A stretch of 64,000 bases of DNA, taken from assembly GCA_034669905.1 (NCBI GenBank), contig JAXMOL010000005.1, positions 64,001 to 128,000 of the forward strand, in the 5' to 3' direction. Every line of letters starts with the position of its first letter. The stretch's first letter is position 1. Below, piece by piece: positions 49,063 to 57,642 of this stretch. A program made the translations under genes and the position numbers. The notes beneath the pieces are model-generated. The model did no database searches and was not told the DNA's origin. It was given only the letters and a program-made list of their open reading frames with translations. This DNA comes from Candidatus Hydrogenedentota bacterium. Lineage in GTDB: Bacteria; Hydrogenedentota; Hydrogenedentia; Hydrogenedentales; JAEUWI01.

Positions 49063-50208
49063 ATGCATCTCCTCCGCCTCATCCTCAAAGAACTCGGCCA
49101 CCGCAAGTTCAACGCTTTCCTGGCCGCCGCCGCCGTGACGCTCACCGTCTTTCTCTTCGTGGGCTTCACGAGCATGGGTCGCGCTTCGGACCGGGAAACG
49201 ACGCGCCTCATGCGCGATCTGGGCTTTAACCTCCGCATCATCCCCGCCGCGACCGACGAAGCTGTTTTCTGGAAACAGGGCTACGCCACGGAGACCATGC
49301 CTGCCGACTACGTGAACAAGTTCATGAATCAAAAGGGCATCTCCTACCGCCACCTGCTGGCCACCCTGCAACGCACCCTGCCTGTCGGTGGCGTCGACGT
49401 TTTGCTCACGGGTATTGCGCCGGAAGTGTCGCCCCTGGAGACCGCGAAAAAGCCCATGGTCTTTGAAATCGAACCGGGCAACCTCTACCTCGGCTTTCAC
49501 GTGGCCCGCCACCTGAATAAGGCCAAGGGCGACACCCTGGAACTCGGTGGCGAGACCTTCACTGTGGCCACCGTGCTCTCCGAAAAAGGCAGTGAAGATG
49601 ACATCCGCATTCAGGGGCGCCTGGATGATGTGCAGCGCATCCTGAACATGGAAGGGCGCATCAACGAAATTCAGGCCCTGGAATGTCTCTGCCGTGACCC
49701 CAACGTGGACTCCCTCGACACCCTGCGGGCCGAGCTCACGAAAATCCTGCCGGACGCCAAGGTCATCATGCTGCGCGATATCGCCAAGACCCGGGAACGG
49801 CAGCGCATCACCAACGAGAAGTACTTCGCCATTTCCATGCAGATTGTCTTGCTGGTCTGTGCCGTATGGCTCGCCGTGTTGGCCTTCCTCAACGTGCGGG
49901 AACGGAAAAGTGAAATCGGTGTCCTCCGCGCCCTCGGCTATGGCACGGGACAAATCGTCCTCCTCGTCCTTGGAAAAGGTCTGGCCATCGGCCTCCTTGG
50001 GGCGGCGCTGGGCTTTGCGGCCGCGACGGCTGTCGTGCTCACCTATGGCCCCGCCATTTTTGAAGTCACCGCGGGTAGCATCGCCATCGAATGGCCCCTG
50101 CTCGTTCAGGCCCTTATACTGGCCCCCTTATTGACCGCTTGTTGCAGTATGATCCCCGCCGTCTATGCGGCCACACAGGATCCCGCCGAAACCCTCCGGG
50201 AACTCTAA
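49063..50208 (+). CDS. FtsX/MacB-type ABC permease
   Basis: NVRERKSEIGVLRALG; P...A...DPAETLRE; 1+3 TM layout. Confidence 0.88.
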   Translation: MHLLRLILKELGHRKFNAFLAAAAVTLTVFLFVGFTSMGRASDRETTRLMRDLGFNLRIIPAATDEAVFWKQGYATETMPADYVNKFMNQKGISYRHLLATLQRTLPVGGVDVLLTGIAPEVSPLETAKKPMVFEIEPGNLYLGFHVARHLNKAKGDTLELGGETFTVATVLSEKGSEDDIRIQGRLDDVQRILNMEGRINEIQALECLCRDPNVDSLDTLRAELTKILPDAKVIMLRDIAKTRERQRITNEKYFAISMQIVLLVCAVWLAVLAFLNVRERKSEIGVLRALGYGTGQIVLLVLGKGLAIGLLGAALGFAAATAVVLTYGPAIFEVTAGSIAIEWPLLVQALILAPLLTACCSMIPAVYAATQDPAETLREL

Positions 50209-50214
50209 CGACCT

Positions 50215-50871
50215 ATGTTGACCTTTGACAACGTATCCAAACATTACAAGACCGCCGACGGCACGGTGAAAGCCCTCGACGCCTTCAGCCTGACCATTGA
50301 TTCCGGTGCCTTCGCCGTCATCAAGGGACCCAGCGGTTGTGGCAAGTCTACGCTGCTCCTCCAGGCCGGTGGCATGCTCCGCCCCACGGAAGGGACTGTC
50401 TCCGTCAATGGACAGGACCTCTATGCCCTGAATAACCGGGCGCGCGGCGACTTCCGTCGGGAACATATCGGCTTCGTCTTCCAGATGTTCCACCTCCTGC
50501 CCTATCTTACCGTCCGGGAGAATGCCCTGCTCTCTGCCCCCACGAAGAGCACCGAGGTGGATGCCCTGCTGGAGCGCCTGGGCCTGTCTGAACGGCAGCA
50601 CCATCTCCCGAGTGCGCTGAGCGCTGGAGAAAAGCAGCGTACGGCCATCGCACGGGCCCTCCTTCCCGAGCCCGCCCTGGTGTTGGCCGATGAGCCCACG
50701 GGCAACCTGGACCCTGAAAACGCCGCCCTGGTTATGCAATACTTGGCCGACTATCAACAGGCTGGCGGCACGGTCGTGTTGGTAACCCACGGCACGGATG
50801 GCGATCAATTTGCCACCCGTTCCATCAACTTGCGGGGTGGCACCCTTGAAACCGATCGGCATGCGCCGTGA
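50215..50871 (+). CDS. LolD/MacB-type ABC ATPase
   Basis: [27 protein letters not shown]. Confidence 0.93.
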   Translation: MLTFDNVSKHYKTADGTVKALDAFSLTIDSGAFAVIKGPSGCGKSTLLLQAGGMLRPTEGTVSVNGQDLYALNNRARGDFRREHIGFVFQMFHLLPYLTVRENALLSAPTKSTEVDALLERLGLSERQHHLPSALSAGEKQRTAIARALLPEPALVLADEPTGNLDPENAALVMQYLADYQQAGGTVVLVTHGTDGDQFATRSINLRGGTLETDRHAP

Positions 50872-50942
50872 GTCTATGGCAGGCTGGCCCGCCCATTGGG
50901 GTTGGACTGCTGGTATATCAATCGCATCACTGGAGAGTAAAC

Positions 50943-51938
50943 ATGAAAAAAACCTTACTTACCGCGGGATTGGCTTTGGCCCTTTCCCTCAACGTCTTCG
51001 CCGCCGGGCAAAAAGAGCTCGATATGATGGGCAACTTCGAGGGGAAATTCACCTCAGGCTGGACCGATATGAGCATCAGTGCCCAGATCGTGGCCCTCGG
51101 AAAAGGCAAGCACGTCGCCAAGCTCAATGTGGACGGCAATATCATCGAAGTGGAAGGCAAGACCAAGGGCAAGGCCGAAGATGGCCTCTGCCTCTATGAC
51201 CAGACCCTCGATCTCGGCCCCGATATGGGCGGCAAATACCACATCGTCGGCCAGGTTACGGGCGGCGTGTTCACGGCTGAAATCGACGGCGAAACCCAGG
51301 ACGGTGCCTTTGAATTGAAGCGCGTCGTCAAGGGTTCCCCCACCATGGGCCAGAAAGCACCAGAAGGTGCCAAAGTGCTCCTCGACGGCAGCAACCTGGA
51401 TGCCTGGGTGGTCCAGCCCTACTGGAAGCTCCTCGGCGGCGGTGCCATGGGCATGCGGAAGAGCTCCATCCACACCAAGGAAGAGTTTGGCAGCGCCCAG
51501 TATCACATCGAATTCAAGACGCCCTTCATGCCCGAAGAAGCCCCCGGTAGCCAGGCCCGCGGAAACAGCGGCGTCTATCTCATGGGCCGATACGAAGTAC
51601 AGGTACTCGACAGCTTCACCGAAGAGCCCCGCGACAACTTCTGCGGCGGCATCTACAAGAAGGCCGTCCCCGTGGTCAACGCTTGCGCACCCCCGGAAGA
51701 ATGGCAGACCTACGACATCACCTTCCACGCCCCCCAATATGATGGCAGCGGCAAGAAAGTCAAAGACGCCACGATTACGGCAGTCCATAACGGCATCACG
51801 ATCCACGACAACGTGGTCCTCCCCGATGTCACCCCCGGCGGCGTGAGCGGCGAAGAAGCCCCGGTAGGCGTACTCATGTTCCAGGACCATGGCGACGACG
51901 TGAACTACCGGAATGTATGGGTCAAGCCCCTCGACTAA
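50943..51938 (+). CDS. DUF1080 (3-keto-disaccharide hydrolase-like) secreted protein
   Basis: GNSGVY, YEVQVLDS, EWQTYDI, QDHG..V.YRNVWV. Confidence 0.88.
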   Translation: MKKTLLTAGLALALSLNVFAAGQKELDMMGNFEGKFTSGWTDMSISAQIVALGKGKHVAKLNVDGNIIEVEGKTKGKAEDGLCLYDQTLDLGPDMGGKYHIVGQVTGGVFTAEIDGETQDGAFELKRVVKGSPTMGQKAPEGAKVLLDGSNLDAWVVQPYWKLLGGGAMGMRKSSIHTKEEFGSAQYHIEFKTPFMPEEAPGSQARGNSGVYLMGRYEVQVLDSFTEEPRDNFCGGIYKKAVPVVNACAPPEEWQTYDITFHAPQYDGSGKKVKDATITAVHNGITIHDNVVLPDVTPGGVSGEEAPVGVLMFQDHGDDVNYRNVWVKPLD

Positions 51939-51954
51939 ACAAGATAACGTTGAA

Positions 51955-51991
51955 CGCTGGCCGTGTGTTTCTCCGAGACACGCGGCCAGCG
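51955..51991 (+). terminator. Hairpin after the DUF1080 gene
   Basis: CGCTGGCCGTGTGT ... ACACGCGGCCAGCG stem; no U tract. Confidence 0.4.
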
Positions 51992-52056
51992 CTACGAAGA
52001 CTCGACGATAACAGGTTACTCTTGAAGTGGCTATCTTCACAGGGGCACATGACACG

Positions 52057-52434
52057 ATGGACGAACTACTTTATGAGAAAGAGAGTTTCATTATTCGCGG
52101 CGCCTGCTACGAAATCCACAATGAAAAGGGGTCTGGATTTCTTGAATCCATCTACCAGGAATGCCTTGAAAAAGAAATGCGCATTCAGCGTATCCCCTTC
52201 GAGACACAACCCAAGTTAGGTTTGGTCTATAAAGGCGAACCGCTCGAACAATCCCTTCGACCGGACTTGGTGTGCTACGGAAAAATCATTGTTGAGCTAA
52301 AAGCAGTAGGCAAACTGAACGAAAAGCACCGCGCCCAGGTCTTCAACTATTTGGCCGCGACGAAAATGCGACTGGGCTTGCTAGTCAATTTCGCGGCCCA
52401 CCCTAAACTGGAAATCGTCCGAATCGTGGTCTAA
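52057..52434 (+). CDS. GxxExxY protein (PD-(D/E)xK fold)
   Basis: GFLESIY; PDL...IIVELKA; QVFNYL...GLLVNF. Confidence 0.92.
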   Translation: MDELLYEKESFIIRGACYEIHNEKGSGFLESIYQECLEKEMRIQRIPFETQPKLGLVYKGEPLEQSLRPDLVCYGKIIVELKAVGKLNEKHRAQVFNYLAATKMRLGLLVNFAAHPKLEIVRIVV

Positions 52435-52445
52435 ACACTTCTTAG

Positions 52446-52646
52446 TGACCACGGATAAGTCGGATAAAACGGATAAATAAGGCAGAGACAGAAGTCCTGC
52501 GAGCGACCACACGTTAAAGGCCGAAGGCAACCGGTTTACATTTATCAATTTCCCGACAGGAAACCGGAAAGCTCGTAATGCACGTTGGCATCAACGAAAT
52601 TTTCTACCGTACCATACATCCGTTTTATCCGTGTCATCCGTGGTCA
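52446..52646. repeat. Inverted ACGGAT repeat pair downstream of the GxxExxY gene
   Basis: TGACCACGGATAAGTCGGATAAAACGGAT vs reverse complement TGACCACGGATGACACGGATAAAACGGAT (26/29). Confidence 0.8.
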
Positions 52647-52722
52647 AATTACTACGACATAGCATATACTTCAGACTTACTGGCCATACGACAAATTCAA
52701 CCTGGAACCGAATTCAGAACAC

Positions 52723-53481
52723 ATGACGAATACTTCATCCCAGAGTGCCACCTCACCCCGCCTCTCGCTCATCATCCCGGCCTACAACGAAGCCGGACGA
52801 ATCGAGAAGACGCTGCGCCATGTCCTCCGTTATTTTGACGACCAGGAATATGACGCCGAGGTAATCGTCGTGGATGATGGGAGCACGGACGCCACGGCCG
52901 GGGTCATCCGGGCCTTCCGCACGGCCTACAAAACGCCGCTCCACCTCCATCAGCTCCCCCAGAATCAGGGGAAGGGCGCAGCCGTAAGGGCAGGTATGTT
53001 AAACGTGGCCAAGGGTGAGTTTCGACTCTTCTTTGACGCCGACGAATCAACGCCCATTGAAGAGGTCGAGAAGCTCTGGCCATCCCTCGAATCCGGCGCC
53101 GCCGTGGTCATTGGCTCCCGCTCGCTCCCCGAATCCCAGGTCGAAGTACACCAGGCCGCCTATCGGGAAGCCATGGGGCGGACCTTTAACCGCATCCTTC
53201 GATTGCTCGGCCTCACCACCTTCATTGATACCCAATGTGGATTCAAGGCCTTCAGCGCCGCGGCGGCGGAGACCGTTTTTTCGCGACAGACCCTGGATGG
53301 CTTCAGTTTCGACGTAGAACTGCTCTACATTGCGCGGAAGCATGGACTCGACGTCGCCGAGATTCCCGTCCTATGGCGAAACAACGACGCCTCCAAGGTG
53401 AATCCCGTTACCGATTCCTTCCGTATGTTTTATGACCTTTTCGCCATCAAGTATCGCGATTGGAACCATGTCTACGACTGA
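52723..53481 (+). CDS. Dolichyl/polyprenyl-phosphate glucosyltransferase-like GT2
   Basis: IPAYNEA, NQGKG, DADES, DTQCGFK, FDVELL. Confidence 0.9.
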   Translation: MTNTSSQSATSPRLSLIIPAYNEAGRIEKTLRHVLRYFDDQEYDAEVIVVDDGSTDATAGVIRAFRTAYKTPLHLHQLPQNQGKGAAVRAGMLNVAKGEFRLFFDADESTPIEEVEKLWPSLESGAAVVIGSRSLPESQVEVHQAAYREAMGRTFNRILRLLGLTTFIDTQCGFKAFSAAAAETVFSRQTLDGFSFDVELLYIARKHGLDVAEIPVLWRNNDASKVNPVTDSFRMFYDLFAIKYRDWNHVYD

Positions 53482-53513
53482 GCCGGTTGTCCAACGGCAG
53501 GGAGTCCCCACCC

Positions 53514-54335
53514 ATGAGTGACACGATCGAGATTCTACTCAGCGAGCAACCCTGTGTGGTACCCGCGGAGACCCGCCTCTTTGCCCTCCGCGACGCGCGA
53601 AAACCCGGTGCCGATGTGGTCATCCTCAACGGCGCACCCGCAGCGGAAGACACGGAGCTGAAATCCGGCGATGCGGTCGTCTTTATCCAGCGCGGAGAGA
53701 CCCCGTCGCGGGAAGAGCTGGAAGCCCTCATGGCGTCCCGCCACACCCCGGGCGTACACGAAAAATTGCGCAAGGCGACGGTGGGCATTGCGGGCGTCGG
53801 CGGCCTGGGCTCCGCCGTAGCGATTGCCCTGGCGCGCATTGGCGTGGGCACCCTGATTGTAGCGGACTTCGATGTAGTCGAACCCAGCAATCTGAACCGC
53901 CAGCAGTACTTTGTCGATCAACTGGGCCTTCCCAAGGTGGCGGCCCTGGATGAAAACCTGAAGCGCATTAATCCCTATGTCCAGATCATTACCCATCTGT
54001 GCCGCATCACCCCAGACAACCTTCGCGAGCTTTTCGGCTCCGTCGATGTCATGGTGGAGGCCTTTGACCGGGCCGACCAGAAGGCCATGATTGCGACCCA
54101 CTTTGGAAAGCAATTCCCCGATGTGCCCATCGTCCTGGCCACGGGATTGGCCGGACACATGCCCAGTAACACCATTGTCACCCGAAAAATGGGCCGTTCC
54201 ATGGTGGTAGTGGGTGATTTGGAAACGGCCGCGGCCCCGGGCACGGGTCTTATGGCCCCCCGCGTTGGCGTGGCGGCCCACCACCAGGCCAATGCCGTCC
54301 TGCGCATTCTTCTGGGCGAAAATCCGGAAGGGTAG
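53514..54335 (+). CDS. thiF: ThiF adenylyltransferase with an N-terminal ThiS-like ubiquitin domain
   Basis: ILNG...LKSGD.V.FI.RG; GVGGLGS; DFDVVEPSNLNRQ; VGD...MAPRV...HQAN. Confidence 0.85.
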   Translation: MSDTIEILLSEQPCVVPAETRLFALRDARKPGADVVILNGAPAAEDTELKSGDAVVFIQRGETPSREELEALMASRHTPGVHEKLRKATVGIAGVGGLGSAVAIALARIGVGTLIVADFDVVEPSNLNRQQYFVDQLGLPKVAALDENLKRINPYVQIITHLCRITPDNLRELFGSVDVMVEAFDRADQKAMIATHFGKQFPDVPIVLATGLAGHMPSNTIVTRKMGRSMVVVGDLETAAAPGTGLMAPRVGVAAHHQANAVLRILLGENPEG

Positions 54336-54409
54336 GCGCGGCGGTCCGTAAGGGACACGTCCCCCCGCACTGCCGAAAATCGAAAACGAAATCCTTCACA
54401 AGGCGTACT

Positions 54410-55165
54410 ATGACTGAATTGAGTTCCGAAGAAAAAGCAACCTATGAATGGCAGATGTGGACCCCCGGCTTCGGTGAAGCGGGCCAGACGAAGCTCAAAA
54501 ACGCCACCGCCCTCGTTTCTCGGGTGGGTGGACTTGGTGGCGTGGTGGCTTACGAATTGGCCGCCGCGGGCATTGGCGGACTCGTCATTGCCCATGGCGG
54601 CAACCTGAAGCACAGCGACCTCAACCGCCAACTCCTCATGACCCACGACGGCCTCGGCACCCCCCGCGCCGACATGGCGAAACGTCGCCTTCTGGATCTG
54701 AATCCGCGTCTCCACATTGAAGCTATCCCGGAGAATATCTCCGAGAGCAATGTCGAAGCCCTCGTCGGAAAAGTCGACATCGTTTTCGATTGTGCCCCCC
54801 TCTTCCAGGAGCGCTATCTGATGAATGAGGCCTGTGTAAGACAGGGCAAGCCCCTCATCGATTGCGCCATGTATAATATGGAAGGACAGGTCACCACCAT
54901 TATTCCCGGGGAAACACCCTGTCTCCGATGCCTCTACCCCGAGTTTCCCCAGGCCTGGAAGCGGGAGTTCCCCGTCTTTGGCGCGGTCTCCGGGACGGCC
55001 GCCTGTATGGGCGTCATGGAGGGGATTAAACACCTCTCGGGAATGGGCGCTTCCCTCAAGGGAAAGCTCCTCTACTACGATCTGCAGGAAATGACCACCC
55101 GTAAGATTGCCGTCGAGCGCGACCCGGCGTGCCCCGTCTGCAGTCACCTGTTTTGCCAGGACTAA
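54410..55165 (+). CDS. moeB: HesA/MoeB/ThiF family adenylyltransferase
   Basis: VGGLGG, SDLNRQ, CLRC and CPVC zinc ligands; next to modA. Confidence 0.75.
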   Translation: MTELSSEEKATYEWQMWTPGFGEAGQTKLKNATALVSRVGGLGGVVAYELAAAGIGGLVIAHGGNLKHSDLNRQLLMTHDGLGTPRADMAKRRLLDLNPRLHIEAIPENISESNVEALVGKVDIVFDCAPLFQERYLMNEACVRQGKPLIDCAMYNMEGQVTTIIPGETPCLRCLYPEFPQAWKREFPVFGAVSGTAACMGVMEGIKHLSGMGASLKGKLLYYDLQEMTTRKIAVERDPACPVCSHLFCQD

Positions 55166-55196
55166 GCGAAAAACAACACCACACGGAAAGTCTCCC

Positions 55197-56687
55197 ATGA
55201 AGAACGCATTACGACCCTTAGTGATCTCAGGCATCCTGATCCTCGTCCTGTTGGGATTCCTGCTGGACCGAAAAACTGACACGGGTATCACGGACACCCT
55301 CGTCATGTATTGCGCGGCAGGTATCAAAGCGCCGGTAGAAGAAATCGCCAAAGCCTATGAGGCGGAATATGGTGTACAGATCCAACTGGAATACGGCGGC
55401 TCGGGCACCCTGCTGAGTCGTCTGCAGGTAGCCAGCGAAGGCGACCTTTACCTGGCCGCCGACTCATCCTACATCGGGATCGCCCGAGAGAAAGACCTCG
55501 TGGCCGAAGCCCTTTCCGCCGCGCGCATCACCCCCACCCTCGCCGTACAGAAGGGAAACCCCAGGCAGCTGACTTCCATCGAGTCCCTGCTGCAGGCGGG
55601 CATTCGCGTGGGCCTTGCCAATCCCGATGCGGCTTCGGTCGGGAAGGCGACTAAGAAAATGCTGAGCGCCTCGGGCGAATGGTCCGCACTCGAAGCCCGG
55701 GTACAGACGGATGGCGTGTTCAAACCCACCGTGAACGATGTGGCCAACGACGTGAAACTTGGTGCGGTAGATGCCGGTATCGTGTGGGACTCCACCGTTC
55801 GTCAGTATCCGGAGTTGGAAGCCGTTGCCCTGCCCCAGGCCGAAGATTTCGTCAAAGAAGTCACGGTGGGTATTCTTAAGTCTTCCCACAATCCCACGGC
55901 CGCCCTGCGCTTCGCGCGCTATCTGACGGCGACGGATATGGGACTGCCCATCTTTGCAAAACATGGCTTCGAAATCGTGGACGGTGATGTGTGGGCCGCA
56001 GAGCCGGAAGTGGTCTATTTCGCCGGCGGTGTGAACCGCGTGGCCATTGAGAAAACCCTGGCCGCCTTTGAGCAGCGCGAAGGTATCCGTATCAATACAG
56101 TCTACAACGGCTGCGGCATCTTGCTCGGCTCCATCAAGGGCGGCGAACGGCCGGACGTGTACCACACCTGCGACGCATCCTTTATGAATGGCGTTGAGGA
56201 ACTCTTCGGTGCCGCCGACCCCGTTTCGAAAACCGACATCATGCTGCTGACCCAACCCGGCAACCCCCATGGCCTGCAACGCCTCGAAGACCTCGTCAAG
56301 CCCGGCATCGAGGTGGGGCTCTGTAACGAGGACCAAAGCACCCTGGGCTATATGACGGGAGCCATGCTTCGGGAAAAAGGAATCTATGACGCGGTTCAGA
56401 AAAACGTCATCGTCAACACGCCGACAGCCGATCTCCTGGTGGCCCAAGTAACCGTGGGCAAGCTGGATGCCGCCGTCGTCTATCGGGCCAACACCCTGGC
56501 CGTGGGCGACAAGGCCGAAGTCTTGCGCCTCCCCGATGACAATGCCAACGCGACCCAGACCTATGCCGTGGCCCAGCAGACGAAATATCCCCACCTGCTG
56601 GAACGCCTGCACGAAGCCATTCGTTCTGCCAATTCCAAGGCCCAGTTTGAGTCCAGTGGTTTCGAGTATCTGGAGAAAAAGCTGTAG
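55197..56687 (+). CDS. modA: Molybdate/tungstate ABC substrate-binding protein with two tandem SBP modules
   Basis: CAAG...YGGSGTL...DLYLAAD...KGNP...DAGIVW, then a second module YNGCGIL...PGNP...DAAVVY. Confidence 0.85.
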   Translation: MKNALRPLVISGILILVLLGFLLDRKTDTGITDTLVMYCAAGIKAPVEEIAKAYEAEYGVQIQLEYGGSGTLLSRLQVASEGDLYLAADSSYIGIAREKDLVAEALSAARITPTLAVQKGNPRQLTSIESLLQAGIRVGLANPDAASVGKATKKMLSASGEWSALEARVQTDGVFKPTVNDVANDVKLGAVDAGIVWDSTVRQYPELEAVALPQAEDFVKEVTVGILKSSHNPTAALRFARYLTATDMGLPIFAKHGFEIVDGDVWAAEPEVVYFAGGVNRVAIEKTLAAFEQREGIRINTVYNGCGILLGSIKGGERPDVYHTCDASFMNGVEELFGAADPVSKTDIMLLTQPGNPHGLQRLEDLVKPGIEVGLCNEDQSTLGYMTGAMLREKGIYDAVQKNVIVNTPTADLLVAQVTVGKLDAAVVYRANTLAVGDKAEVLRLPDDNANATQTYAVAQQTKYPHLLERLHEAIRSANSKAQFESSGFEYLEKKL

Positions 56688-57607
56688 GACGGGGACTGCA
56701 CCGACGACATCCGCCGCGTCCGATGCGATGTACGTGGGGGCCAGCCAAATATCTCGCCTTACTCACATTCGCCCGCACGTCGGGGCTGTCCCCCTCTCCA
56801 AGATAGGCGGTAGGCATCCCTTCGTCGACGTACCAGACCATAGGTCACTTGGTGAAAAAACTTTCTCGCCTGCGGCGTCGCCGCAGGAGCGGCAAGATAG
56901 GCATTCCTGCGGCGGACCGTAGGAACGAGCGGTATTAAGAAGGGACGGCCGCACCACAGCGGGGACTGCACCGACGACATCCGCCCCGTCCAACGAAGAT
57001 CACGCGGGGGCTAGCCGGTATTCTCGCAGTACAATCCGTTAACCCGGACGTCGGGGCTGTCCCCCTCTTCGAAAACGACGGTGGGTGTCCCGTCGTGGAC
57101 TTATCAGACCACAGGTCTCTTGGGAAACTTTCTCGCCTGCGGCGTTGCCGCAGGAGCGGCAAGATAGGCATTCCTACGGCGGACCGTAGGAACGAGCGGT
57201 ATTAAGAAGGGACGGCCGCGCCACAGCGGGGACTGCACCGACGACATCCACCCCGTCCAACGAAGAGCACGCGGGGGCTAGCCGGTATTCTCGCAGTACA
57301 ATCCGTTAACCCGGACGTCGGGGCTGTCCCCCTCTTCGAAAACGACGGTGGGTGTCTCGTCGTCGACGTACCAGACCATAGGTCACTTGGTGAAAAAACT
57401 TCTCGCCTGCGGCGTCGCCGCAGGAGCGGCAAGATAGGCATTCCTGCGGCGGACCGTAGGAACGAGCGGTATTAAGAAGGGACGGCCGCGCCACAGCGGG
57501 GACTGCACCGACGACATCCACCCCGTCCAACGAAGCGTACGCGGGGGCTAGCCGGTATTCTCGCAGTACAATCCGTTAACCCGGACGTCGGGGCTGTCCC
57601 CCTCTCC
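56684..57607. repeat. Tandem ~270-bp mosaic REP array (3 full units + 1 partial)
   Basis: GGGGACTGCACCGACGACATCC starts at 56691, 56961, 57228 and 57498; each unit contains several palindromes. Confidence 0.92.
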
Positions 57608-57642
57608 AAACTGCCGCAAAATCTATCCGGGCGAGGTAGTCC

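Noticed and set aside
53514..55165. Tandem ThiF/E1 genes as a ubiquitin-like defence or RiPP system
   Set aside because: No E2, JAB, CD-NTase, YcaO or precursor peptide; the mod context favours sulfur/Moco metabolism
56759..57530. Repeated small ORFs with CLSCRSC (CxxCxxC), suggesting peptides or ferredoxins
   Set aside because: They arise from translating palindromic repeat DNA; frames differ between units and there is no RBS
56691..57607. CRISPR array
   Set aside because: Units are ~270 bp and near-identical throughout, with no unique spacers and no cas genes
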